Source: a virus
Taxonomy: Duplodnaviria; Caudoviricetes
Virus record (IMG/VR): IMGVR_UViG_2902699553_000002
Span: 3,496 to 67,495 of that record
DNA: 64,000 bases
Strand: one strand, 5' to 3'
Positions 8,076-17,450 of the stretch are shown here, one piece after another. A program made the translations under genes and the position numbers. Position 1 is the stretch's first letter. Each line of letters begins with the position of its first letter. The notes under the pieces are model-generated. The model worked only from the letters and a program-made list of their open reading frames with translations. It was not told the DNA's origin and did no database searches.

Positions 8076-9527
8076 TCACGCTGCCTTCTCCTCGGGCGCC
8101 TTAAACGCCGCCGCATTGAATTTTTCGAGCCAGCCGACAACGACAAGCGGCCTCACATCGAAGATATCCGCCAGCCTCGCAACGATTGCTTCGTCGCCCG
8201 GCCCGTTCTTTTCAAACTGAACACGAACCCGGCGAGCCTGTTCGCGCTCGGCGGCTTCTTTCTCGGCCTGCAAACGAGCAGCCTCGGCGGCTTCTGCCTC
8301 GGCGACACGTCGGGCCTCGGCTTCCGCAGCGGCTTCCGCTTCCTCGCGCTGGCGACGAGCCTCAGCGTCTTCCCGCTCCTTCGCCTCAGCCTCACCCAGC
8401 AACCGCCGGATCTCCGCAACCGCCGTCGTCTTGGCGCTTTCCGCTGCACCGGCCAGGATGCCGAAGCGTTCCGGGTCGAGTTCCCATGCCTCGGTCTCGG
8501 CGAGCGTCTCCCGGATGCAATCGATAGTGCCGCCCTTGCGCACGCCCAAGCGCCCTTGAGTGGCGATGATTACCTGCTGCTGGATGCCCTGAATCTCGGA
8601 CATGGCGGCGTTCATCTTGTCGGCGGCAGCTTGCTGTTCGCGCATTCGGGCTTCGTGTTGAGCCTGTTCTGCCCGCATTGCCGCCGCTGCCCGCTCATTG
8701 GCTGCACGCTGCTCCGCTTCCGCCGCCTCGCGCTTCTCACGCGCCTGCTTGTCGGCCAGCGCCTGCCGGTCTCGCGCCAGTTGCGCCTCAACTTCCATCG
8801 CAGCGGCAAGGTCTGCGAGTCGCTTGGCTTCCAGCCTGTTTTCTTCGGCCACTCGCTCGCGTTCGATGCGATCCAGTTCGGCCTGGCGGGCAGCTTCGGC
8901 TGCAGCCAGCTCGACCGCCGCTTGCGCCACCCACATTTCCCTGAGCTTGTCGATCGTGGCAATCTTCGCCATCTCACCTTCGCCCGCGAACTCCTGGTGT
9001 GTGTCAAGCGTGATTTCAGTCGCTTCCAGACTCTCGATTGCTATCGCGATGGTCTCCGACGACTTACCGACCATCATGGTAGGAATCGCAGCCATATCCG
9101 CGATACGCGATCGGATGTCGCCAACGCGCTTTTGCTCCGCTTCGAGCTTGGCTTGACGTTCTGCCTCTTCGGCTTCGTCCCACTTGTCACGCAGGCCAAG
9201 CAATCGCTTTTCTGGTGGCTCGATAATTCCAATCAGGAACTTCTGCCGCTCGATTACCGCCTTCTGAAGCGCATTCGCATCCTCGCGCGCCGTCTCGCCG
9301 GTCTTCTTGGTGGCGATACGCTCGTTCGCCAACTCCATTGCGGCGGCATGTACTTGCTGGCGAGCGGCCTTGTTTTTCACTTCAGTGATATCGGCGTATT
9401 TTTTTGCCAGCGCCTTCAATGCCTCTTCGCGCTCGACACCGCCTAGGGCAATTACCGCGCGATCCTGAACGGTCAGTGCTACTTGTTGCGGCTGCTCGGT
9501 GGCAACCAGTTGGGTTGAGTCAGTCAC
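8076..9527 (-). CDS. Long coiled-coil phage protein (DUF1351-like context)
   Basis: Ala/Glu/Arg-rich 483 aa directly upstream of the recombination module. Confidence 0.65.
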   Translation of the reverse strand: MTDSTQLVATEQPQQVALTVQDRAVIALGGVEREEALKALAKKYADITEVKNKAARQQVHAAAMELANERIATKKTGETAREDANALQKAVIERQKFLIGIIEPPEKRLLGLRDKWDEAEEAERQAKLEAEQKRVGDIRSRIADMAAIPTMMVGKSSETIAIAIESLEATEITLDTHQEFAGEGEMAKIATIDKLREMWVAQAAVELAAAEAARQAELDRIERERVAEENRLEAKRLADLAAAMEVEAQLARDRQALADKQAREKREAAEAEQRAANERAAAAMRAEQAQHEARMREQQAAADKMNAAMSEIQGIQQQVIIATQGRLGVRKGGTIDCIRETLAETEAWELDPERFGILAGAAESAKTTAVAEIRRLLGEAEAKEREDAEARRQREEAEAAAEAEARRVAEAEAAEAARLQAEKEAAEREQARRVRVQFEKNGPGDEAIVARLADIFDVRPLVVVGWLEKFNAAAFKAPEEKAA

Positions 9528-9737
9528 TTAGGGCCTCTCTCCAAGATTGGGTTGTGCTGCAAAATGGGCCGATCGTCATGCCCGGTTCGGGCTCCAGGCG
9601 GATCGTGCTACCAGCCGGAAGGTCATCGACAGCATCGAGGCAGAAGCCTCGGGCCTCGTCGCCGGCCATGTCAGGGCAGCAGTACTGCGCATTCGATTGG
9701 CGGGTGATGTGGATCGCGTCGAAGAACTCGAAGTCGG

Positions 9738-9962
9738 TCACGGTTTCGACTCCTCGCGCGCCTTTATCCATTCCTGAACCAGTCGTGCAGTCACGATGTA
9801 TTCAGGTGATGGCGTTTTGGTTATTTCCTGACCGGGAACATAAACGCGCCAGATTGCATCGCGCAGTTCTTTTGGCAATGCAAACCAGTGATTTCTACAT
9901 CCCCACATGGCAGGCGGGACTTCCTTGGTGCAACCGGGCCAGTGGCATGTATGCTTGCTCAT
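9738..9962 (-). CDS. Small Cys/His-rich phage protein
   Basis: HTCHWPGC..MWGCRNHW. Confidence 0.6.
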   Translation of the reverse strand: MSKHTCHWPGCTKEVPPAMWGCRNHWFALPKELRDAIWRVYVPGQEITKTPSPEYIVTARLVQEWIKAREESKP

Positions 9963-10140
9963 AGCTCGTCTCCGCACGTCGCGCAGCAATCCCGCATATC
10001 GACGTGAATCTCTTTGCTGCCGTGGTATTCAAAACGGCCGATGCCTTGATCGCGCCGAACGAAGACGCACTCGCACTCGCAACGCCGGCAATAGCCGTAG
10101 GCGGCCTCTTCAACCGGGTCGGGTTCGGTATCGAGCAGGA

Positions 10141-10422
10141 TCATGGCTGGCCCTCCCGCTGCGCTTCCCACTGCTTCGACCGATGGCCGTGACCGCCGAA
10201 GCCAAAGAAACCGTAGCCCGCACCCGGCGTCTCGAATCCATCGCATCCATCGCAGAGCGGAGCACCGCAGACCAACTGGCCAGTGCGGTCGCAATCGTGC
10301 GTCGCCTGCGCTTTGCATGAGCAGCACTTCATGCCGTAGTGAACCGCGCAATACTCGGACTCACCGAGTGTTGGCTTCTTGCATCGGCCTACCCATGAGA
10401 CATCGAATTTGCAGGCGCTCAC
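10141..10422 (-). CDS. Cys-rich hypothetical protein
   Basis: Multiple CxxC/CxxH motifs; overlapping start/stop with neighbours. Confidence 0.5.
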   Translation of the reverse strand: MSACKFDVSWVGRCKKPTLGESEYCAVHYGMKCCSCKAQATHDCDRTGQLVCGAPLCDGCDGFETPGAGYGFFGFGGHGHRSKQWEAQREGQP

Positions 10423-10643
10423 GTCGCACCCCCAACAGGCAAGCAATGCGACACAGCCACACAGCCCGATTTCCCCTCTAGCCAAACGACCGCGGTATGC
10501 CCGCTCAAGACTTCAGCGGGCGTGCGCGTGGCGTACTCGGTGACTGGCCCGTCAGGCTTATAGGACTGGTAACGCACGCGGTCGCCTACCTTGACTGCCT
10601 TGTTGAACATGGCGACTTCATGGTTTGGATCGGGTCGTTTCAT
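10419..10643 (-). CDS. Hypothetical phage protein
   Basis: FN..VKVGDRVRY..TRTPAEVLSGHTAVVWLEG..GCV. Confidence 0.6.
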   Translation of the reverse strand: MKRPDPNHEVAMFNKAVKVGDRVRYQSYKPDGPVTEYATRTPAEVLSGHTAVVWLEGKSGCVAVSHCLPVGGAT

Positions 10644-10821
10644 GCGATGCCCCTGACATTCATATGCGTGTACGTCCGCGCAATGCTGGGCACAACGTAG
10701 CCGGTTGAAATCGGCACGCGTGGCGAGCGCTCCAGCCGCATTTGCATCCACCGCTTACGCTGGGCGCGGTTAAGATGTGATGCATACAACCGAAGCGGCT
10801 TGCGCAATGAAAATATGCTCA

Positions 10822-11046
10822 TCACAGGCTCCTGAAAATGGCCCACACAATCGCCACCACGATCAGACCGCAAATCGTGCCGGCCAGGACTTCGTGTTTG
10901 CGCGCGGTCGTCGTGAGCAGTTGGTTATCGTTGGCGGCTCGGCGGAGACCTTCGTCTGAGAGGCGTTTTCTTGCCTCGGCGGAAATCGATACGGTGTAGT
11001 CTCGGTCGGACTCATCAACCACATGCCACTCAGCAGTCTTCAGCAT
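10822..11046 (-). CDS. Hypothetical protein with C-terminal TM helix
   Basis: LAGTICGLIVVAIVWAIF. Confidence 0.5.
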   Translation of the reverse strand: MLKTAEWHVVDESDRDYTVSISAEARKRLSDEGLRRAANDNQLLTTTARKHEVLAGTICGLIVVAIVWAIFRSL

Positions 11047-11055
11047 GACGGTCCC

Positions 11056-11370
11056 CTAGTTGTATTGCGTGAACATCATCACGGGCAGCCCGTAACGCTC
11101 GCTTCCCTGCCATGCGTAGTGGTCATGCATTGAGCCGGTGAGCGTTCCGAGGCGCCGCTCGTCCTCGTCGCAATCGCGAACGGTCAGACGGTCGCTACCA
11201 TCGATCTCGCCCCAGTCAATCGGATCACCCCAGTCGTCAACCGGTACGCCATCAACGAATTTCTCGAGGCCGGTTCCCGACTCGCCCGCATCGGCAAGAA
11301 TCTGTTCCCATGACTCGGCGGCGAATATTTCGGATGGCTCACCAATCCAGAAGAATCGAACGTTGCTCAT
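11056..11370 (-). CDS. Hypothetical acidic protein
   Basis: GGGGAG SD before ATG at 11370. Confidence 0.5.
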   Translation of the reverse strand: MSNVRFFWIGEPSEIFAAESWEQILADAGESGTGLEKFVDGVPVDDWGDPIDWGEIDGSDRLTVRDCDEDERRLGTLTGSMHDHYAWQGSERYGLPVMMFTQYN

Positions 11371-11572
11371 CTCACTCCCCAGCAAACCAGATTTAGCAGC
11401 GGCGCACCAAGCACCAGGATCAATGCGACTGAACCTGCGCCAACGCAGCAGAGAAGAATCAGTGCACCAGCAAATACGTCGCTGCGAGCACCGCTTGCCG
11501 GCTCCCGTTCTTCGCCGCTTATCTGGCGGGCGATGCGGGAGGAGAGGCGACGGAGAAAGAAGGGTCGTGGGC

Positions 11573-11902
11573 TCATCGCTGGCCTCCGGTGGCCGCACGC
11601 ATCAACGCCGCAGGTGCTTGCCAGTTGTCCGCTTTGCCTTGCGTGGCGATCTCAGCGACGCCGACAGTCGCAACATCGGCAGGACGCCAGATCGTTCCGC
11701 ATTCGTGGCACAGGTGCGAACGGTGCGGCGGGTTCTCCCACGAATGTGCTTCAGCCATGCACATAGGGCCGTCTTCGTCCGCGCCACATCCGCCACCGCA
11801 ATCTGGCCAGCGACAGTCGAGAATCTCAGGCGCATCAATATGCTGCGTGTTGCACTTCGGGCAAAACAGCAGCATCGGAATTGGCTCCAGTTCATCACTC
11901 AT
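11573..11902 (-). CDS. Zn-binding phage protein
   Basis: LFCPKCNTQHID..WENPPHRSHLCHECG..WRPADV. Confidence 0.6.
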   Translation of the reverse strand: MSDELEPIPMLLFCPKCNTQHIDAPEILDCRWPDCGGGCGADEDGPMCMAEAHSWENPPHRSHLCHECGTIWRPADVATVGVAEIATQGKADNWQAPAALMRAATGGQR

Positions 11903-12761
11903 CGCCACTCCCCTATCCCCACTCCAGCAGCCTCGGATAGCAGGCGTTTCTGATGGGTATCAGCCTCGTTCCGGTTTCCCCATGCGTCGTCGTCCCACAG
12001 TGCGACGCCGGGGTTCTCCTCGTCCTGCTCGGGCTGTGCCTGGCGGGCGAGCTTGTCGTACAGGGTAAAATTTGCGTGCTTTCCCATCGCTATCTCCAAT
12101 AGGACAACTTAATTCAGTGTTTTGCAGGGTTACTTCGCTACGTCAGTCCGACACCCGAGTTGTACCGTCTACGGCTAGCTACGCAATAACGGCTCGGGAT
12201 TGGACTGCATCCGCTTTTGGCCCTGGCGGACGATGACTGCCGGGGCGGCGTTCCCGGTACGTCCTATGGATTGCTGGATCAGTCATCGTTCGTCAGGGCG
12301 CCGGTCTTTCCCGGCTGTCAGCGTATTAAGAGGCTCGCAACTCTCGGTCTATCCCGGCTGTCTCTCAGCGCCAGGAACGCTTATCCGCTCCTAGCGTATT
12401 CGCCTATACCACTTAGGCCGACGACCAGCGATCACATGTATTTGCTCATGAAGGATCGGCGACTTCGCATATCGATCTCCTTAGGTTAGTTGCCCAGATA
12501 TTCGGCCCGACTGGGATTCGCCGTTCTATGCCGGATCACGCCGGTACGTACTGCAAAACCCGCATTAGGGAGCGACCTATCTGCGCCCGTCGCCGTCGCC
12601 TGGATTCGACCCCCGCTCTCCGACCGTCTGCGTCACGCGCATCGTAACCAGCACTTAACGGGATAAGTCGCTCCGCAATGCGTACTTGAACGCCGTCTCT
12701 CCGGCTGTCGCACCACTCATTGCGCCCACTACAGGCCCGGTAGGTGTCACGTCGAGTTCGG

Positions 12762-12995
12762 CTAAGCCGCCACCTCAACCGCCTCAATCAGCGCGGCAAT
12801 CGTGTCGAAGCGAAACATCACGTCGTCATCCAGTTCGACCTTCAGGACATGCTCCACTGTCAGGCCGATCTCGACGCGATCCAGGCTGTCCATCTTGTGT
12901 TTCTGCGACAGGGAATCGTGGTCGGCTATTTCGGCGGGAGACATGCAGAGTTGTTCGGCGACGATGGAGCGGGGCTGCTCGGCGGTAGTGGTCAT
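12762..12995 (-). CDS. Acyl carrier protein-like
   Basis: 77 aa acidic; IVAEQL..MDSLDRVEI..VE....ELDDD..F.TI; phosphopantetheine Ser (DSL) intact. Confidence 0.8.
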   Translation of the reverse strand: MTTTAEQPRSIVAEQLCMSPAEIADHDSLSQKHKMDSLDRVEIGLTVEHVLKVELDDDVMFRFDTIAALIEAVEVAA

Positions 12996-13113
12996 TTCAG
13001 CCCCATGCGCCGATCGGCATCACCAGCAGCCCTGCAAATTGCCACCGCGAATATCACAACGATGACATACGCGGCCAGACCGGCCGTCAGATACGTTGCA
13101 AACATGGATCCTC

Positions 13114-13338
13114 CTAAGGCAAACAGAATTGCGATCCACCGCAGCGGCCTTCATAGTCGCCATCGGCTTCCACCTCTTCCCATACGTACCAACCGGTATC
13201 GCCGTTCTCGTAGGCTTTAATCTCTACGGTCTGCGTCTTGCCGCAGCCGGTGCATCTGAGCCGTGCCGTAGCGTCGGTATCAACCTCAGCGGCCTTCTCG
13301 CCGCCCCGCTCGCTGAACCATGATCCGAAGTCGCGCAT
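13114..13338 (-). CDS. Small Zn-ribbon protein
   Basis: CTGC...RCGGSQFCLP. Confidence 0.5.
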   Translation of the reverse strand: MRDFGSWFSERGGEKAAEVDTDATARLRCTGCGKTQTVEIKAYENGDTGWYVWEEVEADGDYEGRCGGSQFCLP

Positions 13339-13541
13339 GGCTAACACCACACCACATCGCCGTACGATGCCGACTGAACAAGCTTGCTGTTCGCATACCA
13401 ATCAAAGTGATCAGCAAAGAACAACAGGCAGTAGACGAGTGCGCGAGGTGCATAAGCCCTGACGCCGTAGTCGCTGTAGAACATGATCTACTCCGCTTCA
13501 ACAATTTCGCCGCTAGCATTCAGCGCGTAAAAAACCATCGG

Positions 13542-14017
13542 TCAGGCCGCGTCCTGCTTTTCTTCGGATTCTGCCTCGACCCAATATCCCGTCATCAGGT
13601 TCGCGGGTTTGATCTTCGCGGTAACACGGCCGCTCAAAGCCCAATTGGAAGTTCGCAAGCGCAGCGCCGCGAAGATTCCGAAATCTTGGCCTGCCTCGAT
13701 GCCCCAGCCTGCCTCGATGCCCCAGCCTTGATGCCCGAGCCTGCCCGCAACGAAAATTCGATCTTGATCGAGCCTTTAACGACTATCGAGCCAGCGAACA
13801 CGAACGATTTACGCTCCAGTGCGTCGACTTCGAGCACATCGCTCGTCTTGCCAAAGGCATTGAGCAGCCAGCAAGCATCATCAAACCGGTCGTCATCGCA
13901 CAGCGTATCCAGGATTTCCTGATACTCGCCGCCGTCAGGGAATTTCCGCAGATACCATTCGTAGCCATCGGAACAGGGATGCTTTTCCTTAAGCAGTTCT
14001 TTGGTGATTTTCATCAT
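13542..14017 (-). pseudogene. Frameshifted hexapeptide-repeat (AGWGIE) phage protein
   Basis: 18-bp repeat GCAGGCTGGGGCATCGAG; a 4-nt loss near 13717 shifts frame; the alternative frame continues GWGIEAGWGIEAGQDFGIFAAL... to TGA at 13542. Confidence 0.65.
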
Positions 14018-14415
14018 TTCTCCGTTTGTAGTCCTAAGCGCCTACATCAAAGTGACGCCCAAGTTATTCAATAAGCCGCCTGGCGGGCGGCATCCCCTAT
14101 CGCTATGGCCAGATGGCCGGTCGTATGCCCCTTATCTTGGGACGGGAGTTCAGCATTCAGCGAAGGCGACTTACTGGACCAGTCTGTTCACCACCGTTTA
14201 TCGACAATGGAAGTCGCCTTCGCTCAAAGCAGTCCGTGACGTGGACCACTCGGCCTGCTTTGGTAGGCTTCACCCAGGTTGTCAGGCCCGGCAGTGTGCT
14301 GCGACCCATGTCGTCTTTGGCGCCGTCCACTGGTTAGCGAGGGTGGGTACTCCTCAACCATCGGGCAAGTGATTAACCCATGCGGGCTTTCGTGCCGCTC
14401 TCAACGGGCTAGGCT

Positions 14416-14715
14416 TCAGCCTCGGGTGACGGTGTTGGTCACTTCATGGCAATCTCCATTGGAGAGAACGTAATCGCGAATCAGGCGCATCGAGTGAGCA
14501 TCCGCATCCGCGGTAGTTCCAGAGAGGACGGACGCATCCAAAGGCGTACACATGCGGTCAAGTGCGGCCATCACGTTCGCCGGAATTTCAGTGCGCCGTT
14601 GTGACAACGCAGCTTGCCAAGCAGCCCAGCAATGGTAGAAGTGAAAGTTGTTGATCCCTTCTTCTGAGGCCCATTCCTCGAATTCCGGGCTAGGCTTCGC
14701 GTCTTCGTCAATCAT
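14416..14715 (-). CDS. Hypothetical phage protein
   Basis: FEEW...WAAWQAAL motif; GGGAGGGG SD. Confidence 0.55.
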   Translation of the reverse strand: MIDEDAKPSPEFEEWASEEGINNFHFYHCWAAWQAALSQRRTEIPANVMAALDRMCTPLDASVLSGTTADADAHSMRLIRDYVLSNGDCHEVTNTVTRG

Positions 14716-15573
14716 CTTCCCCTCCCGTATCGCTGCAGATGAATTCAGTGCCGGTCTATTCCCGGCTGCCACTATCGGTGTTTCGCACTATTGCTTGCCG
14801 GCTTTCCGTCTAGGCCTGCGCAGGTAACAGATCGCCAACTCATGCTGGGTTTCGATAGATTCCCTCTGCTCGGTGGTACTGCAATTCTCACGAAGGCGCG
14901 CGTTAGTTTGCGGGGAGCCGTCAGCTAACCATACTGGCCTGCCATCGCGGGAGCTTTGGACTAACGGCGATCGGTTCCGCGAATACTTGGCTATGCAGGG
15001 ACCTCGCGCGCCTTCGTGAAAACTGCATCGCATACGCACCCGGCTACACCTGGCCGAGCCAGTTCCGGGTTGCGTATGTCTGTTATCAATCTCACCGTGG
15101 ATCACTAGCCGAACCACCACGGTTTGATAGCCTCGGGTCTTTCATCTGGAGTCGAGGGTTGCGTCCAGTGCCTACTGTCTCGCTTTAACTTGCGAGCTAT
15201 CAGCATGTACGGCCTTGCGGCCGGTTTATCGCTTCATTGCAGTGTTCGAATGTCGTCAGGGCTGGCGACTTGGCCGGTCGCAACTCCAGCGCACAGGTCG
15301 GCTGCGTTCAACTCCGGCGCTTAGATGGGAGGGGATTGCCCGACTCGGCAACATCACCATCAATCCGCGCCATCTGTTGGCGTGTCCAGGCTTCCACGCC
15401 GCAAGTCGCCAGCACTGACTAACACTCGAATCTGCGTTGTTAATGAACGTTTGCCAAACCAGGACGACGCCATGCGCCTGTGTTCCTCTACTGCGGCGAT
15501 TTGTTCTGCGCGGCCATGCGCATTTAAAGCGGTATCCGTACTGCTTTGGCTGGAACCAAAGCGCTGCGGACAG

Positions 15574-15786
15574 CTAGAGTGAAAATACTTCGTCTGCGTG
15601 GCGCCGCGCGCTTGCAAGTTTTGCGCCGTCAAGCGGTTCGTCTGTGTTGGCCGACGCCTCGCCATCTTTGCCCAGCAATATTTCTCCAACTGCGACGTCC
15701 ACGGCATCCTCTGCGGTCTCGTCATCTTCGACTTCGACAAGCACGCGCTTCCAGATTGAGACGTTCACTTCGAACCACTTGCTCAT
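15574..15786 (-). CDS. Small acidic early protein
   Basis: GGAGA SD; second gene of the pL operon. Confidence 0.55.
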   Translation of the reverse strand: MSKWFEVNVSIWKRVLVEVEDDETAEDAVDVAVGEILLGKDGEASANTDEPLDGAKLASARRHADEVFSL

Positions 15787-15798
15787 CTCTATCTCCAG

Positions 15799-16104
15799 TC
15801 AAACCACTTCGAACTGAGCTACCTTTGAGCGGACCCACGCGATGCGGGCAATATTCAAATGCAGGACGCCGCCATCTTGCTCGTTGTCGTACATATGGCA
15901 TCCGCCAAATGGGTATGCCTTGTCGAGGCCGTCATCAGCAAATGCTTTCTTGAGTTCTTTAAGGGCTTCCACGCCGGGATAGCCATCCCAGAAAACGAAG
16001 TTCGTGCAGAGACCGACGTAGCGATCAAACGGCTCTTCGTTAAGAGCGCCACAGTCGACCCACTCGAGATATTCTGAGAGAAACGCCTTGAGGTGATCTG
16101 ACAT
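15799..16104 (-). CDS. First gene of the pL operon, hypothetical
   Basis: AGGAGA SD; immediately downstream of pL. Confidence 0.6.
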   Translation of the reverse strand: MSDHLKAFLSEYLEWVDCGALNEEPFDRYVGLCTNFVFWDGYPGVEALKELKKAFADDGLDKAYPFGGCHMYDNEQDGGVLHLNIARIAWVRSKVAQFEVV

Positions 16105-16154
16105 GCTCGCTCTCCTGTCCTGGTTGGGTGGTGTGTTGTGCTGCCTTGAGATGA

Positions 16155-16207
16155 ATCTTATACAAGCGTTTTTGTAGCGTCAAGCACTGGTTACAATTAT
16201 TTTTGTA
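16155..16207 (-). promoter_or_regulatory. pL promoter with two repressor operators (oL)
   Basis: TTGACG(16183-16178)-N17-TAAGAT(16160-16155); palindromes TACAA-N6-TTGTA at 16161-16176 and 16192-16207. Confidence 0.8.
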
Positions 16208-16263
16208 GATATGCCCGAAACAAACTCCATCGCCTAAACTGGACTTGTTACCAGGAGGCCACC

Positions 16264-16461
16264 ATGACGCGAGAAGAGGTATTGCTACGGATGACCGAGG
16301 TCGAACCCGAGGGAAAGTGGGCGCCGATCGAGAGGTATGCAGATGTGCTGGCCGAGCTGGAGCGGATGCTCAGTGACCGGGAAATGCGGGTATTGGTAGA
16401 GGCCGGCGCGCGGCTGGTGAGGCTGAGTTATCCGGAGGTATTTGGGATGCGGCGGATATGA
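16264..16461 (+). CDS. Small hypothetical protein in the immunity region
   Basis: AGGAGG SD, 65 aa, convergent with the protease gene. Confidence 0.6.
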   Translation: MTREEVLLRMTEVEPEGKWAPIERYADVLAELERMLSDREMRVLVEAGARLVRLSYPEVFGMRRI

Positions 16462-16485
16462 AAAAGCCCCGGCAGGCGGGGCTTA
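16461..16485. terminator. Intrinsic terminator between convergent genes
   Basis: AAAAAGCCCCG-GCAGG-CGGGGCTT. Confidence 0.7.
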
Positions 16486-16504
16486 TGGAAGTTCTTTGAC
16501 CTGC

Positions 16505-16951
16505 TTAATAGGATAGCGAATAGTCGCCAGTCACTCCGTTGTACACGAGCAGGCATTTTTGTAAAATATCGCGCCCTATCAATCCCATGATGCCCTGTGG
16601 CGCGAGACTTGATTCGATCACAGGAATAGCTGGCAGCACAAACGCCGGGGCTTGCAAAACACCACACGGAATGATCATCTGGACGTCATACATATTGCAT
16701 TGGTGAAGGACGCCATTTGTCGATGGTGTTTGCACGCCAGTGGTGCCGGTCGGCTGAAGCCCCAAGGGGGCAACCAAACCTTGGTCAACAACGGTATGGC
16801 TAGCCCCGGTATCAACCAGGAAAAGGCCGCTTACTGGCGCGGGGAGTGGCACCTTGGCTGCCAACATTGCCTGCATGCGAGGTGCGCTCGGCAAAATAAA
16901 CACGGTCAGCACAGGGCCTTGCGTAGTTATTTTTAAATTTATGCCGGGCAT
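16505..16951 (-). CDS. Retropepsin-like (clan AA) aspartyl protease
   Basis: FLVDTGAS catalytic motif and GLIGRDIL closing motif. Confidence 0.85.
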   Translation of the reverse strand: MPGINLKITTQGPVLTVFILPSAPRMQAMLAAKVPLPAPVSGLFLVDTGASHTVVDQGLVAPLGLQPTGTTGVQTPSTNGVLHQCNMYDVQMIIPCGVLQAPAFVLPAIPVIESSLAPQGIMGLIGRDILQKCLLVYNGVTGDYSLSY

Positions 16952-17181
16952 GTAGCAAGATATGTTCGGGTGAAGTTAGCAACGCTTTCCGTCCTGGTGA
17001 TAAGCTTAACCAAGAAGGGGTCGAGTCCAAAGCGCTCATATCCCAATTTCAATGCATCTTCGTATGTCTCGAAGATTTCGATTGGTTGATCACCCTTGAT
17101 CAGGGCATATTTACCTTCATCCTTCCAGAGAGCAGGCAGTTCTGCTTTGAATCTTGCGAGCTCTGTTTCGAGAGCGGCCAT
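16939..17181 (-). CDS. Small partner protein (DUF5678-like)
   Basis: GKYALIKGDQPI..F.TYEDAL..GY..FG..PFLVK; GAGG SD; overlaps the protease start. Confidence 0.65.
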   Translation of the reverse strand: MAALETELARFKAELPALWKDEGKYALIKGDQPIEIFETYEDALKLGYERFGLDPFLVKLITRTESVANFTRTYLATCPA

Positions 17182-17450
17182 GATTTTACCTCAAAATGAA
17201 CAGGTTCTTGACAACACTAGAAGTTTAGCATCCGTATCCGACCAGTCGATCCGCGAACAGAAATATTTTTGCCGCCCTAAAGACCCACGTGTTTGGTGCC
17301 GTAATTCTCAGGGGTGCTCGGTGCGCTAGGTCGCACACGTCGGAACCAACTGCCATTGCAATTGATTGCAAAGTACACAACTGGACAGATCCGCTCAAAC
17401 TGTCCAGATTGCACCCTCACCGCCTCCGGTACTTCCGGTGCTCTCCCGCG

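Noticed and set aside
8004-9446. 480-aa plus-strand ORF
   Set aside because: Antisense shadow of the Ala/Glu-rich coiled-coil gene; no motifs
12100-15540. tRNA genes in the structured tracts
   Set aside because: No cloverleaf with GTTCRA T-loop and acceptor stem recognised by eye; tRNAscan would be definitive
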